The notes below the pieces were generated by a model. It was not told the DNA's origin. It did not search any database and saw only the letters and a program-made list of their open reading frames with translations. Of a DNA stretch of 54,670 nt, positions 10,625 to 20,586 are shown one piece after another. Within the stretch, counting starts at the first letter, position 1. Each line of letters opens with the position of its first letter. Position numbers and translations under genes: made by a program. Origin of the DNA: Acidobacteriota bacterium (GTDB lineage: Bacteria; Acidobacteriota; UBA6911; RPQK01; JBHHYX01); NCBI GenBank assembly GCA_046757765.1, contig JBHHYX010000001.1, positions 1-54,670 on the forward strand, in the 5' to 3' direction.

Positions 10625-11893
10625 CTACTTGATCAGAGTATTCCCCGTTCTGACCGGGCGCAGGGCTCGGGTGGGCCGCGCTGCCATCTTCCTCCGCCGC
10701 CGCTTCCCGCCCAGCAGAAGCCTGCCGATTCTGAAGAGATCGTGAAAAAAGGGGGCGGGATCAGTCACGGAAAAGAGGGCACAGGCTTTGCGGCCACGCC
10801 ATGACCGCCACCATTCCTTCAGGGTGAGGTCACCGCGGCACCAATAGTACAAGGCGGACTGCAGATCACGACGCAAGTGAACCCACTTGACGCCGCTAGG
10901 AGGCTGGTGCAAGTTCGGCGGCAGAGGACGACCCACCGTCTCGCAGTACTGTGTGTAGAGGAGTTCTACGCCGCCCGCTTCGGCAATGGCGGATCTCCCC
11001 GTCGGCCGACCGATGTTGGGTTCAATGATATAGTGTTTGCCATCCCGGCGATGGCGTTTCATCTCGATGTAGCCGAGACCTCTGTAGCCGACGCTGCGAA
11101 ACAGGCCAATGCAGGCCTTTTGAACCTCATCATTGCGGCACTCAACGGCCAGGCATCCCATTCCCGTTTCAGGAGGCCACTGCCGAACCTTGCGACTGAC
11201 AAAGGTCACGAGCGGTCGTGAATGGGCATCGAAATAGCAATTACAAGTGTAGAGATTGCCGTCGGGTCCCTCGATCCACTCCTGAACCATGAGTTCCTGG
11301 ACCCACCCCCGGCAACGATCATACAGGACCAGAAACTCGTCCGCGTGCGTCGCCTTGAAGACCTTCTGCCGGGTTTCTCTTTCCCAACCCGGTGTCTTGA
11401 TCGGCGGTTTCAAGATGCAAGGGAAGGTGAGCGACCGGGCCGCCTTCTCGGCGTCAGGCCGACTCTTCAAAAGGAAGGTTCGGGGAACGGGCAAGCCCTT
11501 TTCCTGAGCAAAGGTATAGAACCGGATCTTATCAATCAACGTTTCAACCACGTCCCTTTCGGGCAAAACAACATGGTAGTTTTCCCGCACCAAGTGACGA
11601 TGTCTTGACAACAACAACACGCTCGTGTCTGTGCAGGGAAAGAGCACGGCTTTCGCCCCCAATTCCCGTCCCAGCATTCGGAGTGTCGTGACGAAATCGA
11701 GGCTGGCGGTGTCGGCAAAAAGGATTTTTCGGCAGACTCTCGTACGACAGCAGTAGTGGGTGGGGTCCTTTGCGATAGCGATGACCGGAACTCCGCGACT
11801 GGCGAGTATCCGCGCTGTTTGCAGACCCGTTACGCAGTCGAGTCCGATGACCACGGCAGAGGGATTTTCGATCACTTGGGCACTTGATTGCAT
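10625..11893 (-). CDS. ATP-grasp domain enzyme (carboxylate-amine ligase-like, COG3919-type)
   Basis: ORF 10625..12034 trimmed to the ATG at 11893 (MQSSAQVIENPSAVVIGLD...). It has a pre-ATP-grasp Rossmann-like N-terminus. The ATP-grasp core includes FPCILKP, LMVQEWIEG and YIIEPNIGR. Confidence 0.7.
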   Translation of the reverse strand: MQSSAQVIENPSAVVIGLDCVTGLQTARILASRGVPVIAIAKDPTHYCCRTRVCRKILFADTASLDFVTTLRMLGRELGAKAVLFPCTDTSVLLLSRHRHLVRENYHVVLPERDVVETLIDKIRFYTFAQEKGLPVPRTFLLKSRPDAEKAARSLTFPCILKPPIKTPGWERETRQKVFKATHADEFLVLYDRCRGWVQELMVQEWIEGPDGNLYTCNCYFDAHSRPLVTFVSRKVRQWPPETGMGCLAVECRNDEVQKACIGLFRSVGYRGLGYIEMKRHRRDGKHYIIEPNIGRPTGRSAIAEAGGVELLYTQYCETVGRPLPPNLHQPPSGVKWVHLRRDLQSALYYWCRGDLTLKEWWRSWRGRKACALFSVTDPAPFFHDLFRIGRLLLGGKRRRRKMAARPTRALRPVRTGNTLIK

Positions 11894-11999
11894 CTGGATT
11901 TCTCCGTTTCGTGGCTGCCTCCCGAACCAACAGGAGACGGAAGCGTGACTAGCCCGCGCTGTGCCCCGAAAAAGCCACACCGATGTTGAGTTCAGATTG

Positions 12000-13142
12000 T
12001 CAAGTCGTGATGGATGCGGCGATATTGGCGGCAACGGAGCGGTGGTGGAGGATCTCCGAGTATTTTAGCAGTTGAGCACGGAGAGTTGTCAGCGCGGTGC
12101 GGGATCCAATGTTGATCCGCCGCAAGCGCAGCCGATGGGCGGGGGGGAAAAAGTTGATTCCAGGCTCGGTCGTAAAGGCGAGAAGGAATCCCTCTCTGGC
12201 CAGGAGGCGAACGATTCGGTCCGTAACTCGGCCACCTGGATAGGCGAAAACCGGGAGCACGGGGCCGACCTGGAGTTCCAAATCCCTCATCGAACCGGTC
12301 ACTTCATCGCGAGCCTCTTGCCAAGAGATGTGATCCATCAGCGGATGAGTGCGGGAGTGCGCGGCCAGCGATACGCCTTCACCTGCCAGCCGTCGCAGGG
12401 CGCTCCAGCTCAATACCAGGTTCCGGGGGGAGGGAGCGTCAAGCTGGAAGCAGATCTCCTCCACCAAGCCCATAGCTTCCTGATGCGGCAACGATTCAAC
12501 ACCTCCCTTCAACCGGTTAAAGGACTGATCCCGCTGCCGTGCCGTTTTGAGAGAAAAACGTCCCCAAGGGGTCGACAGCAGGTCCCTTCGCAAGGTGGAG
12601 TGCAGGGCCTGGTGCAGTCGATCCCACCAGAACATCCGCCCGGGTTGTCCCGGAAAAGTGGTGGGCACAAAGAGTGTTGCGGGAAGGCGGTAACGCTTCA
12701 GGATTGGCCAGGCGTGCTCTGAAAAGTCGCGGTAGGCATCATCAAAAGTCAGAAGCACCGCCCGGGGTGGGAGCGTCCTGCCGCGGCGAAAACAATCGAC
12801 CAGCTCCGCCATTGAGAGCACGCGGTAACGAGTCGAAAGGTGCCTCATGTGCTGGTCAAAAACATCCGGCGCAACGGTGCCTCTTGGGTAGAGTAAACTT
12901 CCCGGGTCCGGCCAGTCGACTCTATGGTAAGTCAGAACCCGCAACAGGTTGGGAGTATTCTGATCCCAGTGTTCCAGAAGAGTCACGAATTTGGCAACCA
13001 CTCGGCTCCGAGAGGCCACTGAAACGGCAGTCTTGATCAGCAAACTCATTGACAAAGTTCCTTGCCAGGGCCGCCTAGAGGCCCGAAACAAGTTCACAAA
13101 ACGGTCAAGTCGCGCCAGCGGACAGGCCAGGAGGGCCGACAC
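12000..13142 (-). CDS. Polysaccharide deacetylase (NodB-homology domain) family protein
   Basis: VLTYHRV..., LLTFDDAYRDF, ATLFVPT and AHSRTHPLM are typical NodB-domain motifs. GTG start at 13142, or ATG at 13049. Confidence 0.8.
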   Translation of the reverse strand: MSALLACPLARLDRFVNLFRASRRPWQGTLSMSLLIKTAVSVASRSRVVAKFVTLLEHWDQNTPNLLRVLTYHRVDWPDPGSLLYPRGTVAPDVFDQHMRHLSTRYRVLSMAELVDCFRRGRTLPPRAVLLTFDDAYRDFSEHAWPILKRYRLPATLFVPTTFPGQPGRMFWWDRLHQALHSTLRRDLLSTPWGRFSLKTARQRDQSFNRLKGGVESLPHQEAMGLVEEICFQLDAPSPRNLVLSWSALRRLAGEGVSLAAHSRTHPLMDHISWQEARDEVTGSMRDLELQVGPVLPVFAYPGGRVTDRIVRLLAREGFLLAFTTEPGINFFPPAHRLRLRRINIGSRTALTTLRAQLLKYSEILHHRSVAANIAASITT

Positions 13143-13218
13143 AAAGGCGGTTATGGCAGCCGAGTCATCACTTCAATGGTCGTTTGGAGGTATGAGGTTG
13201 CTGGCTACCTGCTTGTCG

Positions 13219-13347
13219 CCGAATTCTGAGAATTTCGCTCCCATGCGGCACTGCAAACTGAACCGAAGCGTCAGAGCCCGGCCCAATCCGGATGGCCACT
13301 CACTGACGTTCGTGGTGCAGTCACCGCGCCGGAATCGCTCAACCTGC
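13219..13347 (+). repeat. R1 structured repeat, copy A (internally deleted variant; mini-ORF stop lost)
   Basis: GAATTCTGAGAATTT...ATGCGGCACTGCAAACTGAACCGAAGCGTCAGAGCCCGGCCCAATCCGGATGGCCACTCACTGACGTTCGTGGTGCAGTCA...GGAATCGCTCAACCTG. Confidence 0.85.
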
Positions 13348-13469
13348 GGAACCCAATTTCAAATCTCTCTGGTTAGATTTGGCGCGCCCCGGGTGCTTTC
13401 ACTCCCTTGCTGCCCACACCCGAAAAACGATTGCGCGGTACCGGCGTGAAACCAGCTGGATGAACCGGA

Positions 13470-14180
13470 CTATCCTCCGGGGCGGGGCGTCTGGCACGAG
13501 TCCTCTCCTGGTAAGAAATTCCGAATCGACTCGGCTACTGTGCGTGTGACCTCATCGGCTGGCCGCGCAGCGTCCAGGATGAGAAAATTCGGGACGATTC
13601 TCTTCAGTCGCAGGTACTCTCTACGGCGCTTTTCCAGCAACTCGACGCTCCCTTCGCCCTTGCGAGCGAAGAGCACTTCAGCCGGGGCGTCAAGGCAGAT
13701 CACTAAATCAGGCCTGGGATAGAAGCGTTTGAGCACAAGGCCGTGGATTCGGCGGACGAGTCCTCGCCGGTCCTCACTCTGGACATCATGGGCGTAATAG
13801 TCGCAAAAAAAGTGCCGGTCAAGCAGGACGATGAAGCCACGGTATTGGCAATACCATGCGTAGACTTGCCGAAACCACTCTTCGGCCATGAGGTTGAGCA
13901 CCCACAATGTGGATTTGAGTTGCCTCAGGGCGCACGCGATCCCGTTCCCGGAACGTCTTCGGGCGACTGCCGCAGGAGGGGGGCCACCTTGACAAGTGGA
14001 CTTGCCCAGGCCGCGCTTCATGCTGTGCAGGAAACGCGTAGTGGGTAAGAGGAGATTGCAGGAGTCCAGGTTGACGCCCATGTAAAGGTACTTCAGGGGG
14101 AGCCGGAGTTCATGCGGAAGCCGCCGACCGACCGTGGACTTGCCCGCCCCGTCGGCTCCGACCAGCGCAACAGTTATCAT
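13470..14180 (-). CDS. Stand-alone P-loop NTPase / nucleotide-kinase-like protein (paralog of the C-terminal half of 29113..30501)
   Basis: Walker A ALVGADGAGKST. The segments FIVLLDRHFFCDYY and YPRPDLVICLDAPAEVLFARKGE align with RFVVFDRYVYDSW and FPRPDLVLLLDAPGQVLYRRKGE of the fused protein. Confidence 0.7.
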   Translation of the reverse strand: MITVALVGADGAGKSTVGRRLPHELRLPLKYLYMGVNLDSCNLLLPTTRFLHSMKRGLGKSTCQGGPPPAAVARRRSGNGIACALRQLKSTLWVLNLMAEEWFRQVYAWYCQYRGFIVLLDRHFFCDYYAHDVQSEDRRGLVRRIHGLVLKRFYPRPDLVICLDAPAEVLFARKGEGSVELLEKRRREYLRLKRIVPNFLILDAARPADEVTRTVAESIRNFLPGEDSCQTPRPGG

Positions 14181-15375
14181 GATCTATTCCCTCGTTGCGG
14201 CATCTCAACAGGGTCTCGATCACCTGATTGACCTTGTCGCCGCTCTGATTCCATGCAAAGTTTCTCTCCACGAAGCGACGGGCTCGGGCATCCGGCCGGG
14301 GGTCCCGGGAGAGTTCGATGATTCGGCCAGCGACCTCTTCGACCCAAGACCGCCATCCCCTCACCACCTGGATGGGGGCCGGTTGACCCCGCTCCGTTCG
14401 CAATCCCTCAGCCGCCAATGGAGAGGCGATGATCGGCACTTCCATGGCCATCGCTTCCAGCAGCTTGTTCTGCATACCGGCCGCAAAGCGCAAGGGGGCA
14501 ACAAACAGGGTGGCGGCGTTCAAGTAGGGGCGCACGTCATGAACAAACCCCGTCACGCTGACACCCGGCTGCCGGCCCAGTTCAACAAGCCGAGGAGTGG
14601 GATCACGGCCGACGACTATGACGCGAACATCTGGAAGCACGGTTCTCAAGGGGGGAAGAATCTTTCTGATCAGGCAAACCGCGGCATCCACGTTGGGCCG
14701 GTAATCCATGGCCCCGGTAAAGACGAGGGTACGATCACCCAGCCTTGCCGCCGACCGTTTCCAGAAATCAAGATCTACGCCGTTGTGCACGATCGTTGTG
14801 GGGTTTCTGTGGTTTCCCACAACTGCCTCCCGATCGCGGGCGGAAATAAAGAGGGAATGCTGGGCCCGCAACAGGAGACGTCGTTCCCTTTGACGGACGG
14901 AGAGGTACTCCAGGAGAAGCAGAATCAGCCGCGGCGGGCCCGCATACCGCATGCTCCGACGGATTCTCATGGAGGTCGCGTCGCAGAAGTCGGCAATCAG
15001 GGGCAACTCAGCGACGGGTTGGACGGCCGGGAAGGTGTATTTACCACAAAAAACCAGGTCGAAGCGCTCCCTTGAAGCCAACTCCTCGACCGCTTGCCGC
15101 ATTTGGCCCACCGACTTGTCGACCCCCATCAGGGACCGCATGCGTCTCAGGCACTTTTGAAGAGGCGCACGGCGCCTGGCGGGAACGCGAAAGACCTGAA
15201 CGCTCCGGGTAAACGGGCGCAGTGCCGCCAGGTGCTCTCGCCTGAAGGTTGGAGTGGCCAGAGAGAGGAGAGTAATAGTGTGGCGGCGAGCCAGTTCCTT
15301 GATCAGGAAATAGTGCCGCAAGTACCCGCTTGTCAGTGGATAAGGGAAACCATTGCTCAGATACAGAATATGCAT
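14110..15375 (-). CDS. GT4-family (GT-B fold) glycosyltransferase
   Basis: 421 aa. MHILYLSNGFPYPLTSGYLRH... is typical of a GT4 N-terminus. The C-terminal domain has the E-x7-E-like region (NKLLEAMAMEVPIIAS). The 3' end overlaps the next gene by 71 nt. Confidence 0.8.
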   Translation of the reverse strand: MHILYLSNGFPYPLTSGYLRHYFLIKELARRHTITLLSLATPTFRREHLAALRPFTRSVQVFRVPARRRAPLQKCLRRMRSLMGVDKSVGQMRQAVEELASRERFDLVFCGKYTFPAVQPVAELPLIADFCDATSMRIRRSMRYAGPPRLILLLLEYLSVRQRERRLLLRAQHSLFISARDREAVVGNHRNPTTIVHNGVDLDFWKRSAARLGDRTLVFTGAMDYRPNVDAAVCLIRKILPPLRTVLPDVRVIVVGRDPTPRLVELGRQPGVSVTGFVHDVRPYLNAATLFVAPLRFAAGMQNKLLEAMAMEVPIIASPLAAEGLRTERGQPAPIQVVRGWRSWVEEVAGRIIELSRDPRPDARARRFVERNFAWNQSGDKVNQVIETLLRCRNEGIDHDNCCAGRSRRGGQVHGRSAASA

Positions 15376-15521
15376 CCTTCACTCTCCAGTCGTGGATTTC
15401 CCACACCCGCCGACTGCGGTCCCCAACCTCGGTCTGGTGGCGGGAGCGACACCGCCACTCGCGAGCCTCAGTTTTCCACAAGACGAGTGGCTGCTCCGGC
15501 CGGGCCTGGCTCTGCCGGCGG

Positions 15522-16556
15522 TCACCACTCCAACTCGGCATGGTGTTCGATGGAATAGCGCCATAATGCGTAGTATCGGTTTTGTCGCAGCCAACTGGCC
15601 GAGTGACCTTCAAGCGGCCCCCCCCGCTCGTTGCGAAAGCTAATGCGACACACCAGATTGGCCAGATAGCGGACCCAGACTGCCACGAACAAGGCTTTGA
15701 GGATCTCGGTTGTTAATTTCAGCCGAACCGCATACGCCTCGGCATAGACCCCGGCCCAGGCGGCCGGATTGAAGAACGCCGCCTGAAACGCCTTCAAACA
15801 GGCCTCGGTCGAACGGGCCTTGTGGCGAGCAAAGGCCGCATAGGTCAGAAAGAGGAAGAGGTCACAGGCCGGTAGCCCTATCGGATCGGCCAACTCCCAG
15901 TCGACAACGCCGACCCTCCCGTTTCCGAGAGAGATCAGGTTGGGGTGGCTCAAATCCCCGTGCTCAAACACCAAGGGAAGGTCTACGCGGCGCAAAGCTG
16001 CCACGATTTCCCCTGTCCGCTCCAACAGGAGCTTCTCTTCGCCGCAAGGGGAAAGTCCCTCTTCCAAACGCCGCAGGGGCTTTTCGACGAGTCTTTCATA
16101 CCAGGCGGAGTCAACTGCCGACGAAGTGTGCGCCGGCAACTGCAGTGCGAACAGCCAGCTGAGGATGGACTGACACCACTGATCGGGGTCTGCCCTCAGC
16201 GCCGCGGGATTCAATGGGAGCCCGACAAGGGCGGTTTCGACCAGGATGGATCGCCCTCGATACATTTCAAATGCCAGCACTCGTGGTGTCGAATCGAAAC
16301 CGTTCGGCCGACGTGCCTGGATCGCCCGCAGATTGGCCGCCTCCCGCCACAGGTTTCTGGCGGGGCCACTCAGGCGGGGCACTTTAGCCACCAGCACCGG
16401 ATCGGGCAGCCCTTCCGGCAGAGCGATGAACAGAACATGGGTCGATGTTCGAAAGCGGGGAGTCAGAATGACGCAGGTCAATTGTTCGGGAGCCCCAAAT
16501 TGCTGAAGTCCACAGCGTTCCCAGTTCTCTCGGAGAAAAGAAGAGAAAGTATTCAT
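15522..16556 (-). CDS. Aminoglycoside-phosphotransferase (APH)/choline-kinase-like protein kinase-fold enzyme
   Basis: Catalytic-loop motif FEHGDLSHPNLI followed by VVDWE. Paralogous to the C-terminal half of 25512..27293. Confidence 0.65.
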   Translation of the reverse strand: MNTFSSFLRENWERCGLQQFGAPEQLTCVILTPRFRTSTHVLFIALPEGLPDPVLVAKVPRLSGPARNLWREAANLRAIQARRPNGFDSTPRVLAFEMYRGRSILVETALVGLPLNPAALRADPDQWCQSILSWLFALQLPAHTSSAVDSAWYERLVEKPLRRLEEGLSPCGEEKLLLERTGEIVAALRRVDLPLVFEHGDLSHPNLISLGNGRVGVVDWELADPIGLPACDLFLFLTYAAFARHKARSTEACLKAFQAAFFNPAAWAGVYAEAYAVRLKLTTEILKALFVAVWVRYLANLVCRISFRNERGGPLEGHSASWLRQNRYYALWRYSIEHHAELEW

Positions 16557-16644
16557 GACTCGCTCTGCCTACATCCCTCTGGTCGGACCTGCGAGGGCGA
16601 CATCGCCATGTCGGAGATGCAGGTCGTCCGTCGGCTCGATTTCA

Positions 16645-17718
16645 TCAGCGCGCGGAGTTGCCTCCGGGGACCGAATGTGTCCAGTCAGTCCAACCCATGT
16701 TCTTGCCGCAGGCTGTAGGCGAATGGTTCCAGAAGCTGGTTCCATAGAAGTAATCCACCAGCGGCAGTTGCCAGGCGTCGTCCCCCTGGACGGGAAACCC
16801 TGCCTCACGATAGAGCCACTTATAGGCCCGCAGCAAAGCTCGATCCCCCCACTCAAAACTGTCGAAACCCGCACGGTGCAAAATCACTGCTTGGACAATG
16901 GCCCCTTGCAAGGCCTCATAGACGTAGTTTTCATGGGGTGGAGGCCATCTGAACTCGCCGCCCCGACGCTGGTCATCGGGCAAGACACCGTCAATCAAAT
17001 GAGCGCCTTTCCAGCAACCTCTTGGGTTGATTCCGACGGGGTTGTTGGGATCACACTGCCAGGAAAGATCGTTTCCGAACTGGAAACCGTTGTAGGCCTT
17101 TGTCTCACCCAGCCATCCCCTGAAGACCCGGGCAGTGCGCTCCAGTTCTTCCTGATCTCTCAGGTAGGCGGCGACCGCCGCCCGGCTGGCACCCGCATGA
17201 GTACCCCAGTTGTTGGGCCTTTTTTCGTGGGTCGATCGTAGCGTTCTGTCCCGCAGAGGCTCGTCCAGCGTTTCCCCTAACCAGGATCGAAAAGGGCGGT
17301 CTCCAGCTTCTGGAAGGTGGACGAGGTCGGCGGCGATAACGTAGGCGGCCAACTTTCGCCCCAGCGCCAGCGTGCGCCCCCCCCGCTCGCTGCCGATCGC
17401 ATCGAGACAGTGTTGGATCACTTCGAGACGGTATTTCTCTTCTCCGGTGCGGGCATACACGAGAGCCTTGGCCAGAACGCTGACATTGTTGTACTGATCC
17501 TGGTCGCTCAAGTCAGGGGGCCCGGCAGGCCGGTCGGCTCCCTTTTTCAAGCGCGCCCAGGCCCGGCCCCAGGTCGGCAGTTCGGCCAACTCATCCGGGC
17601 TGATCCAGATTCCCTGCTGGTTCTGTCGACCGGGAGGGGCGGCGGCAAGAAGGCTCGCCAGCAAGACCAGGGTGGTGACACTAACGCTAACCAAAAATAT
17701 TTGAAATTTTGATTGCAT
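16645..17718 (-). CDS. Secreted alginate-lyase/heparinase-like (alpha/alpha-toroid) polysaccharide lyase candidate
   Basis: Signal/anchor MQSKFQIFLVSVSVTTLVLLASLLAAA. The internal KRPNNWGTHAG resembles the NNHSYW-type motif of alginate-lyase-domain proteins. Assignment is from memory. Confidence 0.5.
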   Translation of the reverse strand: MQSKFQIFLVSVSVTTLVLLASLLAAAPPGRQNQQGIWISPDELAELPTWGRAWARLKKGADRPAGPPDLSDQDQYNNVSVLAKALVYARTGEEKYRLEVIQHCLDAIGSERGGRTLALGRKLAAYVIAADLVHLPEAGDRPFRSWLGETLDEPLRDRTLRSTHEKRPNNWGTHAGASRAAVAAYLRDQEELERTARVFRGWLGETKAYNGFQFGNDLSWQCDPNNPVGINPRGCWKGAHLIDGVLPDDQRRGGEFRWPPPHENYVYEALQGAIVQAVILHRAGFDSFEWGDRALLRAYKWLYREAGFPVQGDDAWQLPLVDYFYGTSFWNHSPTACGKNMGWTDWTHSVPGGNSAR

Positions 17719-17838
17719 CGGTTGGGCGATTCTGGCGGCAAGTCACTGAACCACGAACGTGAGCGAGTGGCCATCCGGATTGGGCCGGGCGCTGACGCTT
17801 CGGTTCAGTTGACACGGCATGGGCAAGGACCCTCCGCA
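17719..17838 (-). repeat. R1 structured repeat, copy B (mini-ORF 17743..17820, minus strand)
   Basis: The reverse complement reads GGAGGGTCCTTGCCCATGCCGTGTCAACTGAACCGAAGCGTCAGCGCCCGGCCCAATCCGGATGGCCACTCGCTCACGTTCGTGGTTCAGTGACTTGCCGCCAGAATCGCCCAACC. Confidence 0.85.
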
Positions 17839-17978
17839 TACGTCACCGTATTTATGAACCGTAGTCCAAGGCGGTGACGGACGCGCTTCAATTGGCGGAC
17901 TGCTTCCTGCTCGATCATTCCCGGTGTTTCCCCCTGATTGTCCCCACCCGACCCCGCCGGCGAGAGCATCCATTGTGA

Positions 17979-19496
17979 TCACGATCCGGCTCCACCAGTC
18001 CATGCCATCGGCTCCAAGGCGGCATCGACTGGAGCTTTCTCCCGGGCCTGAAAAATACGTAACGCGGCTCCGGCCAGGCCCAGCAAAAGCCAGTAATAGC
18101 GCTGGTAGGACATGTGAAGAAACAGGGCGGTCCCCAGGTAGCACACAATCCCAAAAAAGAAGGCGGTGGCCAGACCCGCCAGGTCGGGATGCGCCTCCCG
18201 CATCCGGGAACGGGCCACCCACAGCCGCCGCAGCATGGAGCCGACGATCGCCATGAACAGACAAAGCCCGATCAACCCGGTCTCAGCCGCCAGCTCAAAA
18301 TAGAGTGTGTGAGCTCTTCTGGGCTTGGGGAGGTCGCGAAAGGCAACAGCGGGATTCAACTGGTACTCCATCGAGTAAAAAGGCGTGTAATTTCCGGGTC
18401 CGACACCCAGAAGAGGATGGTCGAGGAAAACCATCAGAGCTGCCAGCATCTCGGTGGTCCGCCCCCTGATGACTGCTTCCGGCTCGATCTCGGCCTGGCG
18501 CGAAAACAATCCTTCAACACCCCAAAGAGTTTCCAGCCTTGTCAGATAGCCCGGGGCTGCGAACAGCGCCATTATGACGAGACCGCCAACAGCGGCCAAC
18601 CCCCGGGAAGGCCGGATCATCCGCAGCAGGGGAGCCAGGAGGATAACGACGACAATTGTGACGAACGCCCCGCGGGAATAGGAGAGCAAAATTCCCGAAA
18701 GAATGAGCAATCCAATGGCGGCGGCCACAATTCTCTTCCACCGGTGACGGGCCACCCAGTACTGAAAAAACGCCAGGGGCAAGATCATCAGGAGGATTTG
18801 CGCGTAGCGATTGGGGTCGCCCAGCGGGCCCTGGGCCCGGTCGCCCGTGCGGACCCTTTCATCCGGTGCGGTCTCCTTCGTCACGAACAGACGATTTCTC
18901 TGCGCCAGCCCCCCAAACTGATTCTCGTAGGAATGGGTCACCTCCTGGAACAGGCTGAGTGCGCCAAGCAACGCGCCCGTGAGCAGCAGCACCCAGATGA
19001 TGCGCCTCAGGGTGGAGGGCCGGCGCACCACGTTGACAACAAGCCAGTAGAGCACCAGCCCTTCAACGACGAAGTTGGCCGTCCAGCCGACCGCAACCTT
19101 CAGATCTTTCGCGAAAACGCTGGAAATCAGGAGAGCGAACAGGAACATGAACATCCAGATAAAAGTTCGATCGGCGACCAGGTTCTCCTGGCGCAGGAAC
19201 AGCTGATCGGTCAACGGAATGAGGAGCAGCAATGAAGCTGAGCCGGCCACTAAGGAAGGGACTCCGTAAAGCTGGGTGGCAATCCCACCGACATTGCTGT
19301 AGAGAAAACAGACGACGGCCAAAGTCGCCAGCTCCGGCCAGCGGGAAGCGATACCCACACCGACCCCCAGCGCCAGGGCCGCCGCCAGCAGGAAGGGGTT
19401 GTGTGCCAACATCAAGAGCACCAGAGCACCGCAACCAAGAAACAGTGCCGCCGGTCGGAGCCTTCTCTCCAATGAGACGAAGTCAGGATTGAGCAT
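17979..19496 (-). CDS. O-antigen ligase/Wzy-like polymerase family membrane protein
   Basis: 505 aa, polytopic. The central Wzy_C-like block is LLILSGILLSYSRGAFVTIVVVILLAPL. Confidence 0.75.
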   Translation of the reverse strand: MLNPDFVSLERRLRPAALFLGCGALVLLMLAHNPFLLAAALALGVGVGIASRWPELATLAVVCFLYSNVGGIATQLYGVPSLVAGSASLLLLIPLTDQLFLRQENLVADRTFIWMFMFLFALLISSVFAKDLKVAVGWTANFVVEGLVLYWLVVNVVRRPSTLRRIIWVLLLTGALLGALSLFQEVTHSYENQFGGLAQRNRLFVTKETAPDERVRTGDRAQGPLGDPNRYAQILLMILPLAFFQYWVARHRWKRIVAAAIGLLILSGILLSYSRGAFVTIVVVILLAPLLRMIRPSRGLAAVGGLVIMALFAAPGYLTRLETLWGVEGLFSRQAEIEPEAVIRGRTTEMLAALMVFLDHPLLGVGPGNYTPFYSMEYQLNPAVAFRDLPKPRRAHTLYFELAAETGLIGLCLFMAIVGSMLRRLWVARSRMREAHPDLAGLATAFFFGIVCYLGTALFLHMSYQRYYWLLLGLAGAALRIFQAREKAPVDAALEPMAWTGGAGS

Positions 19497-19532
19497 GAGC
19501 TATTCGCCCGGGAGGTTTTAACCTTGGCAGCT

Positions 19533-19748
19533 AGGTTGAGCGATTCCGCCGCCAGGTCACTGAACCACGAACGTTAGTGAGTGGACCATCCGGATTTTGG
19601 CGGGGCGCTGACGCTTCGGTTCAGTTTACAGTGTTCCAGAGTGTTGCATGAAATTTTGTCCCTCGGCTGCTGCCAGTTGCCAGCTCTGAGAAAGGGGCGC
19701 ACGTCGTCAAGACAACGCATCTGAGAGTAAAATTCTCAGAATTCCGCG
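19533..19748 (-). repeat. R1 structured repeat, copy C (longest copy; mini-ORF disrupted by a 10-nt duplication and a frameshift)
   Basis: The reverse complement reads GCGGAATTCTGAGAATTTTACTCTCAGATGCG...CAGAGCTGGCAACTGGCAGCAGCCGAGGGACAAAATTTCATGCAACACTCTGGAACACTGTAAACTGAACCGAAGCGTCAGCGCCCCGCC...CGTTCGTGGTTCAGTGACCTGGCGGCGGAATCGCTCAACCT. Confidence 0.85.
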
Positions 19749-19756
19749 GCAAGCAG

Positions 19757-20395
19757 CTAACAGCCGGAGCGTTGGGCCACCACGCTGAAGCGCCGCAACG
19801 TGCGCATGAGTATGCCGCTCTGGACCGCCAGACGAACAAGCAGCCGCAGGCAGCGCCCCGCAGACTTGCCGCGGACGGAGTGGGTACCGTAAAGCAGGGC
19901 CGCCGGGTCTTGGAGCGGAATGATCCTGGTGCAGGCGGCAAAATCCCTGCAGTGCCAGTAAGCCTCCACTTCCCGAAATCCAAGTTGCTCGAAGGTAGAG
20001 ATGTAGTGGTGAGGATAACAAGGCCGCGCTCCATCTTTTCTCGTCCTGCGGAGCGAGGCCCAAGAGAATGGAGAAGAGCCCTTCCAGTGATGGGACTCGA
20101 CGTAGAGAAAACCTCCAGGCCGGAGCAGGTCAGCCGCGCTCCGCAGTGTCCTGTAGGAGGGTCTGCTGGCGACGGCAACGTCGAAGTGTCCACTGACGGG
20201 GGCGTCGCCCGCCCCCGTCTCGAAAACAGTCAGATCGAAGCTGAACAAGCGCAACGACTCTACCAGTGGCCCGTCGACAACGCCCAGATAGGCCACGCGC
20301 CCTAGATTCGGGTCCGGCAGCAGGAAGCGCCAGTCCACTCGCCGCGAGGCCTCAAGTACGGCGTCGGAACGAGTCAGTGTCTGTTTGGTGATCAA
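19757..20395 (-). CDS. Class-I-methyltransferase-like fold protein (paralog of the N-terminal domain of 25512..27293)
   Basis: 212 aa with a TTG start. It shares DWRFL(L/M)P, an LLRPGGFLYVE-type block and an (E/Q)(A/S)YW block with the N-terminus of the 593-aa protein. I could not identify a clear SAM-binding GxGxG motif. Confidence 0.5.
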   Translation of the reverse strand: MITKQTLTRSDAVLEASRRVDWRFLLPDPNLGRVAYLGVVDGPLVESLRLFSFDLTVFETGAGDAPVSGHFDVAVASRPSYRTLRSAADLLRPGGFLYVESHHWKGSSPFSWASLRRTRKDGARPCYPHHYISTFEQLGFREVEAYWHCRDFAACTRIIPLQDPAALLYGTHSVRGKSAGRCLRLLVRLAVQSGILMRTLRRFSVVAQRSGC

Positions 20396-20586
20396 TGCGT
20401 TCTCCCTGCAAGTTCACCAACTGTCTACTGCAGCGGCGAAATCATCCGGGCTTAGGAGCCCTTTTCTCCGAGGGATTGTAGCGAGGCGCCGGAAAGCCTG
20501 TTCTGGTCGAAGATCCCGTTGTCCCCGCTGCGGGAGCCTGCTCCCTACCGACAGCTATACCCCCTTGCCCAACCTTTGCCCCGTTT

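Noticed and set aside
10322-12034. N-terminal extensions of many ORF-track entries. Examples are 10468, 12034, 22120, 24365, 25548, 30570, 33834, 35945, 40945 and 42786.
   Set aside because: The extensions overlap the preceding gene or a repeat and are low-complexity. They precede an in-frame start that coincides with a coupling junction, an SD box or the onset of family homology. Shorter starts were therefore used, and their exact positions remain uncertain.
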